DNA of 64,000 nt. It comes from Amphiscolops sp. MND2022 (taxonomy: Eukaryota). The stretch covers positions 33,482,001 to 33,546,000 of the forward strand of contig OZ076409.1 of the NCBI GenBank assembly GCA_964187785.1, in the 5' to 3' direction. The translations under genes were made by a program, and so were the position numbers. The notes beneath the pieces are model-generated. The model saw nothing but the letters and a program-made list of their open reading frames with translations. It had not been told where the DNA came from and searched no databases. Shown piece after piece: positions 53,650-64,000 of the stretch; within the stretch, counting starts at the first letter, position 1, and the number at the start of each line of letters is the position of its first letter.

Positions 53650-55088
53650 TTTCATCAAGTTGCTTGAAAGATTCATCAAAACTTTGGCAGCAACTTTTAG
53701 CCTTGAAGTTTTACAGGTTTTAATAAGCAGAAGCTATAATTTTAAAAGCAACTAAGTTGCTGTCACTTTTACCGCTAATTTAATGCACAATAACACCAGT
53801 CGCATAATAAACTGCAAATTAGCATCATTTTGGCGTGCTATTTGAGAAGCGAAGATCAAATCAGATGAGTAGTTGAGAAAAAGTGTTAATACCAAGTGAT
53901 GGCCCAATGAAGTGGTATTTGTTTTTAATTTTAATTGCAGTAGTAGAAAATGCAGTGTAATTCTACATGATTTACCATCCGACGTTCACTGAAGTTTCTA
54001 GGTTTTATAAAAAATTACGCTGCATGCAGGCGTGCAGCATGTGAAACATTCCTGCAGTTTCAACTAAGGCTTGTACTTTCCATGAAATATCCAGCATTAC
54101 TATACAAAACAGACTAATAAAACCTCCGTTCAATTCTCGCGAGAATTTGTTTCACGTAAATTTTTTGAAAAATCAAAAGTTGATGCTTCTTTCGGCATGA
54201 AAATGATAATTGTACGGGAAAAACCGTCAATGCTCCATTTTGTGGGGTCGTTCAGATGAGTGAGAAAAAAAACGAAATGCTCAGTTCCATTTCACACTGG
54301 AAAGAAATCTTGTATGTAAAGAAACCAATAAATGTTTTAAATTTTTACTGTCAATCACACCAAAGTTTCTCATATTGCGTAACCACAGCTTCAGCTACCG
54401 ATATTTCTGACGTTGAGACAAGGTGTAGACATACTCTCCACTATTTTCGTTTTCAGTTTTGACGTGTGGATCCAATTTTCATCCAAAAACGAATTTGCAG
54501 TTTTATTGATTGAGAAGGTGAAATGACATATTCGGAGCTGCTCTGAAACACCTTTTTCTAAAAGTTTATATTTTTGAGACATTGAAAAGTTGTCTGTTTA
54601 GTCTTTAAAGTGTCATTTAGTGGCCTTTCACTAACACAATTCACATCTGAGTGATCCAAAAAAAAACGAGACGAGCAAGAATAGGAAGTGAAAGTGAGAG
54701 ATTTGCAGTAGTATTACAGTAATGTTTTTCGTATTTAATAACTTCAACGAACATTTTTCAGCGAAGCAAAGCGAACGAAGCATATTGCCTTTCGGTTTGC
54801 AGATGCAAATTTCACTTTTCTGTTACTAAAGTGTGAGATTGGCCAACTTTTTCAACTTTGCAAACCAACCCTAATTTTCCGTCCTTTATGACGGGTACGC
54901 GTTTTCGAAAAATATCGACACGACTCTGAACTGTCCAATTAAACCGTCGAATTAAACCGTCCAATCGACCGTCCAATTAAACAAAGTTTTGTCGACGGAT
55001 ATTCCAGTTAGTCTGTTTACCTTAGACAACTTGACAGATCAAATGTGAACACCAGTTTCTTATCAGTTGGCTACTATTATACTCGTAA

Positions 55089-55260
55089 CCCGAACTGACA
55101 AAATTTTGAATTCCAGGACTGCCAAGAATTCCCAAGGACTGGTAAGGACTTGTCAAACTCTGGACCAGTCCTTACCAGTGCCACTTTTAACCTTACAAGT
55201 CCTGGACCAGTCCTTACCAGTCCTGGGGAATCCAGGAGATACGCTGCCAAGGACTGGAAC
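55089..55260. repeat. CCC-initiated terminus with ggactgg/ccagtcc subterminal repeats (candidate EnSpm end)
   Basis: cccgaactgacaaaattttg followed by direct and inverted aggactgg/ccagtcct motifs. Confidence 0.5.
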
Positions 55261-55399
55261 ACGGAAAAATCCAAAACCGATTCAGGGCTTATAATGGCCG
55301 AATATGTGCCATATTTAGTTGAAAAAAGTGTAATTGGGTGCTGAAATAAGGTTTTTTCAGTATGTTGCCTTACAAAAATCGTGAAAAATAGTCTCTCGT

Positions 55400-56740
55400 C
55401 AAATAATCATAAAACTACCTCGAAAACATTAGTTTTTAAAGTCTTGGCTGGCCAACTGAAAAACAGTCCACACTGTGACAGGGCTACCAACGAACAGGTG
55501 CATAAAAAGCCCCATTCACAAAAACACATCAAATAAATGAGCACAAAAACCATGTTGGATGTCTCTCGAAGTCCATCAAAAAAAAACATATCAGGGCCTA
55601 ATATTCAGATCAGGACCTCAAAAACTGCCGTTTTTAAAGTCTTGGCTGGTCAACTGAGAAACAACCGACACTGGCAGGGCCACCAACGAGCACGTGCAAA
55701 AAAACGCCCCATTCGCAATAATACATCAAATAAATGAGCACAAAAACCATGTTGGATGTCTCTCGAAGTCCATCAAAAAAGCAGATCAGGACCTCGAAAA
55801 TATCCGTTTTTATAGTCTTGGCTGGCCAACTGAGAAACAGTCGACACTGGCAGGGCTACCAACGAGCAGGTGCATAAAAAGCCCCATTCACAATAATACG
55901 TGAAATGAATGAGCACAAAAACCATGTTGGATGTCTCTCGAAGTCCATCAAAAAAGCAGATCAGGACCTCAAAAATATCCGTTTTTATAGTCTTGGCTGG
56001 CCAACTGAGAAACAGTCGACACTGGCAGGGCTACCAACGAGCAGGTGCATAAAAAGCCCCATTCACAATAACACATCAAATAAATGAGCACAAAAACCAT
56101 GTTGGATGTCTCTCGAAGTCAATCAAAAAAGCAGATCAGGACCTCGAAAATATCCGTTTTTATAGTCTTGGCTGTCCAACTGAGAAACAGTCGACACTGG
56201 CAGGGCTACCAACGAGCAGGTGCATAAAAAGCCCCATTCACAATAATACGTGAAATGAATGAGCACAAAAACCATGTTGGATGTCTCTCGAAGTCCATCA
56301 AAAAAGCAGATCAGGACCTCGAAAAGATCCGTTTTTATAGTCTTGGCTAGCCAACTGAAAAACAGTCGACACTGGAGAGCTACCAACAAGCAGGTGCAAA
56401 AAAAGCCCCATTCACAAAACATGAAATGAATTAGGTCTCTCAAAGTCCTCAAAGTCCACTCAAAAGCAGATCAGGACCTCGAATATATCCGTTTTTATAA
56501 ACTCAGCTGGCCAACTGAAAAACAGTCGACACTCCTCGCGAGGCTACCAACGAGCAGGTGAATAAAAACCCCATTCACAATAATACATGAAATGAATGAG
56601 CACAAAAACCATGTTGAATGTCTCTGAGTTCATCAAAGAAACAAATCAGGTCCTCATATTCCGACCAGGTCATTGAAAATGTGTTTTTATAGTCTTGTTG
56701 GCCAACTGAGAAACAGCCGACACTGGCAAGTCTACAAACA
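55400..56740. repeat. 175-bp tandem array, ~7.5 units
   Basis: gagcacaaaaaccatgttg occurs at 55539, 55736, 55911, 56086, 56261 and 56598. Confidence 0.97.
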
Positions 56741-57099
56741 AAGAGTTACACTACTATACTCAGTCGCAAAAAATATCATCGAAATGTTGACTTAAAAACA
56801 TCTCTAGTGCGAGGATGTAAAAACAAGATACAAGGCAATTTGAATTCAATATTTTGCTTGAAATCCAGTAAAACTAGACAATGAGAAAAAGTAAATAGTT
56901 TATTCATCGAGGATGATACTCACAAAAATGAGAAGCAACTGAAAACTCATTTTCTTGAGAATGTTCTTTTGAAAAGAAGACTTCAGATGAAAAACTAAGG
57001 GCATCCCGAAGAAAAAAAAGACAGCTGGTTGCACGGATCATTTTTCAGGTATGATCTATGAAATGAGGAATTGGCATCGCCCGCATACGTTTCTCGGTT

Positions 57100-59310
57100 T
57101 CAAGGAAGGAAAAACACTTTCCGGAAAGAATCCACTGGCACAAGATCTTCTTCAAAAGTCGTCTCGAGTTCCAGATACCACTGTCTCTTACTGAATGCGG
57201 GTAGCTCCATTGACTCTTTAACTTTGAAAAACTTTCTTATCGCGGCGCAAGTAGCATTGTCCGGGCAATCAAATGGTAGAAACAGAAAATGAAGTATCTG
57301 GCCAATTCTATTTTCATCTCTGTACTTCACGAGAACATAACTATTCGGAGCTTTCAAGTTCCGAAGATAACAGGCTGAATCCAGGTAAACGCCATTGACC
57401 TGAATTCTGGAAAGTATTGCACAGCCTTTTTATAAAGACCTGGAGCGTTGAACAGCTGGGGTTTCCAAAACGTCCTTTTCAGCTACTTGTTCGTCAGCTT
57501 TTCTTGGAACTTCAAGCCAGGAAGCAATTAGGCCAGTAGCAGGATGATGAGGCAATTCCGAATAAATCAAGTTCCTCCATTCAACGTATCGTCGACATAT
57601 TGTGGTGCAATAGGAATGTGTTCCACTACTAAGCTTCCCCAGTAGGCGATTGGCTGATTCGAAGCACATTGCCGAGAAAGTGAAAAGCGGGCCAAAGTTC
57701 CGTACCTGAACAAAAAAACTCTAGGATTTCTTGGTAATTAGGAAACAAAAACTATGTCCTCACATTTTTGAAAACAACAAATGAAACCGTAAACTTACCT
57801 GATGAGATAGGTGTTTCAGCAAATGAGCATTAAGAGTTTCCAGTTTTTCATTACAATAAAGGTCTGCATATTGCTCGCAGAACAGTTGGAGCATTTGCTC
57901 AGCTTCAGCGACTGCTTGTGGTTGATCGCTTTCAAGAAGAGTTCGTTTACCAAAGACCAAGAACAGGTAATGTTCATAAAGCTCGCGGTCCAACTTGTCT
58001 TTAAGAAGCACAACAGCCACAAAAAAGATAATTGTAAAACTCGTTTGCCTTGAAATAGCCGATCTCATCGACACCTCGAATTCTTCGTCCATGAGCTGAC
58101 AATTCCTTTGGAGCCCAAGTTGCACGAGCCTCGTTGATGAAACTGCAGCGATCGAAAGCAGTCAGAGTTTTCAATTGCTGTTTGAGTAAATCGTGATAAA
58201 CACCAAGTAAAACGCAGTGCATATAGTCAATTCCGCACGCGAGAGGCAAACCATCGACCAATGCAGTGAATGAACATCTGCCTTTGACACCACACACGTT
58301 TTGAGCGCCGCCAGTCAATTTTTCAGTCTCGGCTATTGTCACCAACCGATCAGTGAGTTCAGAATCGCGAATCTCAAACTCTAAATCATGTTGATACATA
58401 TTCAGAATATGCGGACGAGCTATTGAATCAGCGACTATCCATAAAACACGAAATTGCACTCTTTTCGATCCATCTGAAGACATAATTTCAACAAGGCTGG
58501 TCAAGTTTTTTTCAATTCAGGCACAATTTTGGGAGGCAATTCACACAATGACAGCCATATTGGCCAGAGTTCACTTTTAGAGGACGACGCCACAATGCTA
58601 ACGCCGTCAGTTGACAAACAAAGATGCAGTGTAATAGTCTCAAGTGAGAAATTGGAGCACACTTTATCGAGTGGAATATCAGGAACGTGACAGCTATTAC
58701 GTCGTTCAGCATATTTGACCAGATTACACCAATTCTGCTCTACCACATGCTTCAGAAATTCGGACAACGATAATGAACAAAAGGAACCGGTATTCAAGCT
58801 GATGACAGTGGAAAAATCATGGAACCTTTTTTTCATTCGATACACAGGTATTTTGGCGCTTTGGGGTAGGCTCAATTTGATCATTTTTAATAACTCAATA
58901 GTTGCCGAGTCATCCGAATGAAAGTTCAAACTGAAGCTTCTAAGCATTGTGTCGAACGTGTTATAATCGAAAGAAGCTCCAGCGTACATAGGCTCACTCT
59001 GGCATTGCAAGGTCTCAAACGGTTGACAGATTCCGTGTCCTTGTTGGTGAACCGACGAAATTTCGTCAGTGAAATGAGGACTGGGTGCGGGTGACGTCTC
59101 CTGGAAAGGAGATTGCAGAAATTGCTTTTCATTATCGACACTTTCATCAGTTGAGGAATCGACCCGTAATGACGCATCTTCTTCGCATGTCAGAGACGAA
59201 GACTGCGAAATTGAACTTTCGCCATCAAAACTTGATTCCTTCGCGATTTTTGCAGGAGTGGGGATACTGGACAGAAAATTATGAACTTTCACTGAGAAGC
59301 ACTTCCTCAC
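57100..59310 (-). pseudogene. Animal EnSpm/CACTA-like transposase with one intron (57706-57798)
   Basis: LCLSTDGV..WPIWLSLCELPP; IVADSIARP; GVKG; IDYMHCVLLGV; RRIRG..FKANEF; NAHLLKHLSHQ|VRNFGPLFTFSAMCFESAN joined across a gtaagt...ttcag phase-0 intron. Frameshifts at ~58505 and ~58025. Confidence 0.92.
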
Positions 59311-59453
59311 AAGTCTGCCTCTTTCGGTGGGAAATTTCGAACAAGTTTCCTCGGAAAACTCTTCGAGCGGTTGATTTGAAGAGAAAAACTCAGCATTAGA
59401 GACATTGGTGCAACCCTCGTGCTCTTCTTCCTCTGCAAGTAATGTTTTGGTTT

Positions 59454-60017
59454 GACAGGTTTCGCACTTACACTGGTTACATTCAAAGAAATCGGGGTAG
59501 TACTACACAACTAACTCCTCACCGGAGAAAACTTTTCGTTTTGTTCGCAGTCGCACCACCTTTGCATCGCTCGTGAAGTCGTACTCACAGTTTGGATTGC
59601 AATCGGAATTTACAAAACGTAGTGGGCCTAACATCAGCAGTTCTTTTCCAGTTTTTTTTCAGAATACAAGACAGAAAGGTCAGTTACACCGGAAGGTATT
59701 TCACAAGTAAAACCGTAAGGATGTTTTCGAAGTAGGGTACCCTTCAAAAGTATATTCGAACCCTTGTAATACAATCCATACCCGTTGAACGAATCATGGC
59801 GGAATTCAAAATCCCCTCCACAATTGAGATAGGCAGCCAGTAGTGTCTCATGGACGTTCTTCAGTATAGTATCACGGATGAGGGAGTCACGGAAGTATGG
59901 GGCACTCTTCAAACGAACAGCTGTTCCGTGTTCTCGACCACCGTATTGAACAAGCTGTTTTACAATTTGACCGTCACATTGAGCTAACATTTTCCAATCG
60001 CAATTTCTGGGAAGCAT
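59454..60017 (-). pseudogene. Suv4-20/KMT5-like SET and post-SET domain, in frame with the transposase
   Basis: Manual translation: ...GFTCEIPSGVTDLSVLYSEK/TGKELLMLGPLRFVNSDCNPNCEYDFTSDAKVVRLRTKRKVFSGEELVV*YYPDFFECNQCKCETC. Frameshift in the A8 run (59652-59659); TAG at 59503-59505. Confidence 0.9.
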
Positions 60018-60942
60018 TATATCTGAAAGAAAGACATGGGCGTAACTTTCACTTGATTGGAAAACTGGAACTCACAAAATCCTCAGTTTTCAGAATTTGA
60101 GAAAAAACAGATACGCAAAAACACAAGTAACATCAAGTAAAATAAATTAACATCGAAAAACAAGTAGCAGCACCAAACGAGAAAAAGGCTGTCAAGTCGC
60201 GAAACAACCTCAGTGAGTTTCCAAGGTGAACATTCTTGAACCTCCTTTTTGATCCGAATCATTGTCCAGATTCCTTCTGTTTGATGAGTTGAAGTTGTTT
60301 CACCTACAGAAGAAGAAAAAGTTTGTATCTTGTATTCCAAAAAAATTTCAAAAATAGTTACCACACGTTGAAGAGCTTTTTTTTAATTTTGAGGAAGCGT
60401 TTTCTTCTTTCCGCGCAAACTTGTCAACAATATGAGCTAAATCCAGCAGTGAATCCGCCAATGTAGACAGTTTGTTGACGAGTGTCTTCAAATACTCAGG
60501 AGACAGAGCAACTTGCTGGAACAAAAAACCTTGTTAACTGAACTACATTTTTTTTCAGAAGAAAACATGCGCCTTCATACTTTTTTTGTCACAACCACGC
60601 TCATTTTGGATATGTCTTCAAAGGTCAGAAGTTTTCTCCGGAAATTTTTAGAAATCGTTTTCACCTGAAAAATCGAAAAGTAAATTCTGGAAAAGAAGTA
60701 GAGTTCCGGAAGGCCAAATGACTAACATGAACGCTTGTCGACGCTTTTCCCGGCGAACAGCGAACCAAGTTCTTGCCGATGTTCTCCTTTTAAAAATCAT
60801 TTAATTGCACTAGCTATCAGCAATGGATGATTATTAGGCAGAATGAATGTAGTTACCGTGACAACAAGGCCTCTATCATCATGCAAAACATCGACGACAC
60901 AATTGTCATGAAGGAAGTTCGACTGACATCGGCGAACATACG

Positions 60943-61235
60943 AGTAGTATGGGGAATCCCGATTCGGGCCACCAAAACCCCAAAAGTTAAAAGTCCTCAA
61001 AACCATTGATTTTATGGACTTTTTAGAAAACAAATCATCAAAAAATAGTGTTTTTACCATGAAGCAAAATTCACTAACGTTGACATTACACCATAGAGGC
61101 TAGTGAATTTTGCTTCATGGTAAAAACATTATTTTTTGATGATTTGTTTTCTAAAAAAGTCCTCAAAATCAATGGTTTTGAGGACTTTTAATTTTTGGGG
61201 TTTTGGTGGCCCGAATCGGGATTTCCCATACTACT
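60943..61235. mobile_element. TIR-only mini-Polinton (293 bp)
   Basis: AGTAGT...ACTACT ends; 6-bp TSD CATACG (60937-60942 and 61236-61241); ~135-bp inverted arms matching the Polinton end at 61270. Confidence 0.88.
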
Positions 61236-61424
61236 CATACGCTTCATTACCTCTTGACTTCACTTCAGTAGTAGTATGGGGAATCCCGATTCGGGCCACC
61301 AAAACCCCAAAAATTAAAAGTCCTCAAAACCATTGATTTTAAGGACTTTTTAGAAATCAAATCATCAAAAAATTGTGTTTTTACCAAATTCCATAGCTTC
61401 TATGGTGTAATGTCAACGTTGCAA

Positions 61425-61581
61425 CCAGCGTTCAATGTGTAATAATAACATGTTGCTGTACAGCCAACGTTAATGTACAGCCAACGTTAATGTACAACCA
61501 GCGTTAATGTACAACCAGCGTTAATGTACAACCAACGTTAATGTACAACCAACGTTAATGTACACAACCAACGTTAATGTA
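61425..61581. repeat. 17-bp tandem repeat near the Polinton end
   Basis: About 7 copies of aacgttaatgtacaacc plus degenerate ones. Confidence 0.9.
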
Positions 61582-61620
61582 CCGGCGCATACCTTATTCT
61601 TATATAACTACAACTAACAT

Positions 61621-61751
61621 TGATTCGTCTCCCATAGCTTAGTGGTTATAGCATTGACTAAAGTTAAGGCTTCGGCCGGAGTGTTTGGGGTTCACTTCTA
61701 TCCAACGTCCCCAGTCTTTGTTACAACTTACATGCTATGGGAGAATAATCA
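61621..61751 (+). ncRNA. Candidate tRNA-like / Pol III structured RNA
   Basis: Closing stem tgattcgtctcccatagc / gctatgggagaataatca (16/18); A-box TAGCTTAGTGG; GGC-UUCG-GCC hairpin; tgggg...cccca stem. Confidence 0.35.
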
Positions 61752-61844
61752 CCAATGGGCAGAGCTTCGCCACAGTTCTTTAAAAGGATAAACCCTGCTG
61801 TGGAAATTCTTAGTGGAACGGACTCCCGATGGGCTTCGAGTTTA

Positions 61845-61899
61845 CCATAGGCATGTCAATGCGCGAGGCTGCGGGCATGCCTATGGGTTTTGTTTTTTT
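61845..61899 (+). terminator. Hairpin followed by a T-run
   Basis: ccataggcatg...catgcctatgg (11-bp stem), then gttttgttttttt. Confidence 0.35.
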
Positions 61900-61975
61900 A
61901 CCACATGGGAAATAATTTTAGCCACGCGCAGCTTCGCACAACATGAATACACAACAATGAAAAAATAACTAATAA

Positions 61976-62386
61976 ATGAATTATCTCTCTTTCGAAGACT
62001 TTGTTGAAAAACATGGATTAAAAAACGAAGCAACTTCCAATGTAAAAATAAAAGAAATCTGAAAACTCATGGACATAACCGAGTGTGGAATATACATGAG
62101 AGATGATAAGTTTAACACTACCAGTGGTATAGTTAACTTACATCCAACTAAAGGAACACATTGGGTTATGTATAAAAACCAAAACTATTTTGATTCATAT
62201 GGATGCCCACCCCCAACTAATATACTTAATCATAATAAAAATGGTATTTATTCAGAATATCAAATTCAGACAAACGACAGTTATTGCGAGGCGTATTGTT
62301 TATACACACTGTATCTCACAAATAAAATTGGGTTCAAAAATGCAGTACTAAATTTATACTATCAAACTTTCAAACTTAATAAATGA
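61976..62386 (+). pseudogene. Adenain-like (Polinton) cysteine protease with one in-frame TGA at 62060
   Basis: MNYLSFEDF...KEI*KLMDITECG...IVNL..GTHWV..YFDSYG..QIQ..SYC; the His/Asp/Gln/Cys catalytic order is retained. Confidence 0.88.
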
Positions 62387-62597
62387 AGAAAATTAATAAT
62401 TATTCAACTCAATAAAAAATTATCTCGCGCAGCTTCGCGCACAGCTCCACAGAACAGCTTCACAATCAAAATCAAAATCATGGAAAAAATACAACAAATT
62501 TGCATAAGAAACCATTATCAAAAGATAGGCAAGAATTTATAAATAACATTTCCCCTAGTGGATTCAAACAAATTCAAGCATGATTTTTTCCTAATAA

Positions 62598-63638
62598 ATG
62601 GATCTATCAAGCTTTGTAACTTATGATAAAAAAGAATATCTTTTTTCAAGTATTGCAAAATCTAATCAAAAAATTGTTGAAAATACTCATTCTAAACCAC
62701 AAGAAACTCTAGAATTTAAAATGACTAAACAAAAAGAATCTTTCTCATTTGATGTTTCATTACTACTGCCTGAAAAATGGGTGATGGGAGTAACAAGTTT
62801 AGAAGTATACAACACTGTATATAACATTACTGAAAAGAATAACAAACTTGAAATTCTTCTAACAAAACAACAACTCGAAGAGCATAGAGTTGACACTGAA
62901 TTAGTGCCAAAAATAAAGGATTTGTATGAAACATCTGATGATAAACTTATAGAAAAAACTAATACACTCATAACTAATAGTTATATTAAAAAGAAGAAAA
63001 AACTTACTAGAAAAGACTTTAACCAACTCAAGGAATTAATTGAAGTTTTTAACTATCCTGATCAACAAATGCGTATTCCTGACTTTGAAATTGAACATGA
63101 TTCCTTTGGAATACAGCTAACACCAGGAGCATATGAATTAGTTGATATCAATGCTTCCGTAAAACAAATAATTACTGATACGAAGACAGCGTTGCAGTCA
63201 GCTTTCCCGTATTCTGATTTTAAATTCAACATAATACCCGACACAATATCAATGAAATCAGTTTTAACAACCTCAAATCCTATTCATTTTAACTCCGAAC
63301 TTAACAAAGTCCTGGGATTTATACAACGTGATTACCTATCCGGAACTCACACTTCAGAAAAACCAGTTATGATAACAACCACAGACAAAGTTCATCTGAA
63401 GTGTGATTGTGTAGATGGTTCAATTGTTAATGGTATACGAGAACAAATTTTATTTTCTTTCCATTCAAACGCACCTCCCGGATATAAAACTATAAAGGAA
63501 CCCACAACTGTTTTGTACAAGCTGATAAACAAAACACGACTGGACACCATTCAATTTTTCCTTGAAGACTCTAACCACAACCCAGTTGATTTCAACGGGG
63601 AGACACTCAACTTCACAATTCAAATTATCAAGATTTAA
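62598..63638 (+). CDS. Polinton/adintovirus minor capsid (penton) protein
   Basis: Intact 346 aa ORF; VHLKCDCVDGSIVNG and C-terminal IQFFLEDSNHNPVDFNGETLNFTIQI; sits next to the protease. Confidence 0.82.
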   Translation: MDLSSFVTYDKKEYLFSSIAKSNQKIVENTHSKPQETLEFKMTKQKESFSFDVSLLLPEKWVMGVTSLEVYNTVYNITEKNNKLEILLTKQQLEEHRVDTELVPKIKDLYETSDDKLIEKTNTLITNSYIKKKKKLTRKDFNQLKELIEVFNYPDQQMRIPDFEIEHDSFGIQLTPGAYELVDINASVKQIITDTKTALQSAFPYSDFKFNIIPDTISMKSVLTTSNPIHFNSELNKVLGFIQRDYLSGTHTSEKPVMITTTDKVHLKCDCVDGSIVNGIREQILFSFHSNAPPGYKTIKEPTTVLYKLINKTRLDTIQFFLEDSNHNPVDFNGETLNFTIQIIKI

Positions 63639-63656
63639 TACTTTTAATAATAATAA

Positions 63657-64000
63657 ATGAGTTATAATAAATATATAAATAATTCATTTTGTGTTGGTGA
63701 AAAACATTATTCCCCACCACAAATATTTATGGAGATGCTAGAAACAATAATGTAAAAATGTTACGGGGCACCTGTATGATATGTAGCAGAAATAAAAGTC
63801 TTATTGTATCAGATCGCACAATAAATGGGGAAGGATTGGGCGACTTCTTCAAACATTTGGGTTCTGCAGCCAAAAACGTTGGAAAGAAAATACTCAATAA
63901 TCCAGGCCGTGCATTGGAAATAGCAGCAAATATTGGAACGGCAGCAGCAAGAAAAAATCCAAAACTCATTGCTGCAACTGCCTCCGACGTTATTAAATTT
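63657..64000 (+). pseudogene. Small Zn-ribbon protein with a pVI/pX-like amphipathic segment (frameshift ~63713, truncated by window end)
   Basis: MSYNKYINNSFCVGEKHYS/TTNIYGDARNNNVKMLRGTCMICSRNKSLIVSDRTINGEGLGDFFKHLGSAAKNVGKKILNNPGRALEIAANIG... Confidence 0.65.

Larger units (their letters stand above)
61270..64000 (+). mobile_element. Left end of a Polinton/Maverick (adintovirus-like) element, running off the window
   Basis: AGTAGT terminus (61267 or 61270), short tandem repeats, then adenain protease, penton and pVI-like genes. Confidence 0.9.

Noticed and set aside
55400..56740. CRISPR-like array or repeated ORFs
   Set aside because: Whole 175-bp units repeat with no unique spacers; the ORFs are by-products of the repeat.
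57100..60017. Functional domesticated SETMAR-like host gene
   Set aside because: This copy has a stop, several frameshifts and apparent deletions. Some lie in homopolymers and could be sequencing errors, but not all.
62060..62062. Recoded TGA (selenocysteine or readthrough) in the protease
   Set aside because: Non-catalytic position; a TTA>TGA mutation is simpler, and a neighbouring gene is also frameshifted.

Overview
AT-rich, repeat-saturated eukaryotic (animal-like) window with no convincing intact host gene. From left to right it holds: a tandemly duplicated BEL/Pao remnant lacking RT; two solo LTRs whose ORFs start inside the LTR; two decayed Ty3/Gypsy elements with LTR pairs and TSDs; a 3x1.65 kb tandem amplification; two Tc1 relics; CCC-ended EnSpm-type MITEs; Helentron/DINE-1-like repeats; and the left end of a Polinton/adintovirus-like element (protease, penton, pVI-like gene) beside a 293-bp TIR-only mini-Polinton. 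The main finding is at 57.1-60.0 kb on the minus strand. There, a Suv4-20/KMT5-type SET plus post-SET histone methyltransferase domain reads in frame into an animal EnSpm/CACTA-like transposase. The ORF track misses this because a homopolymer frameshift and a stop codon break it. All assignments come from reading motifs by eye; no database searches were run.
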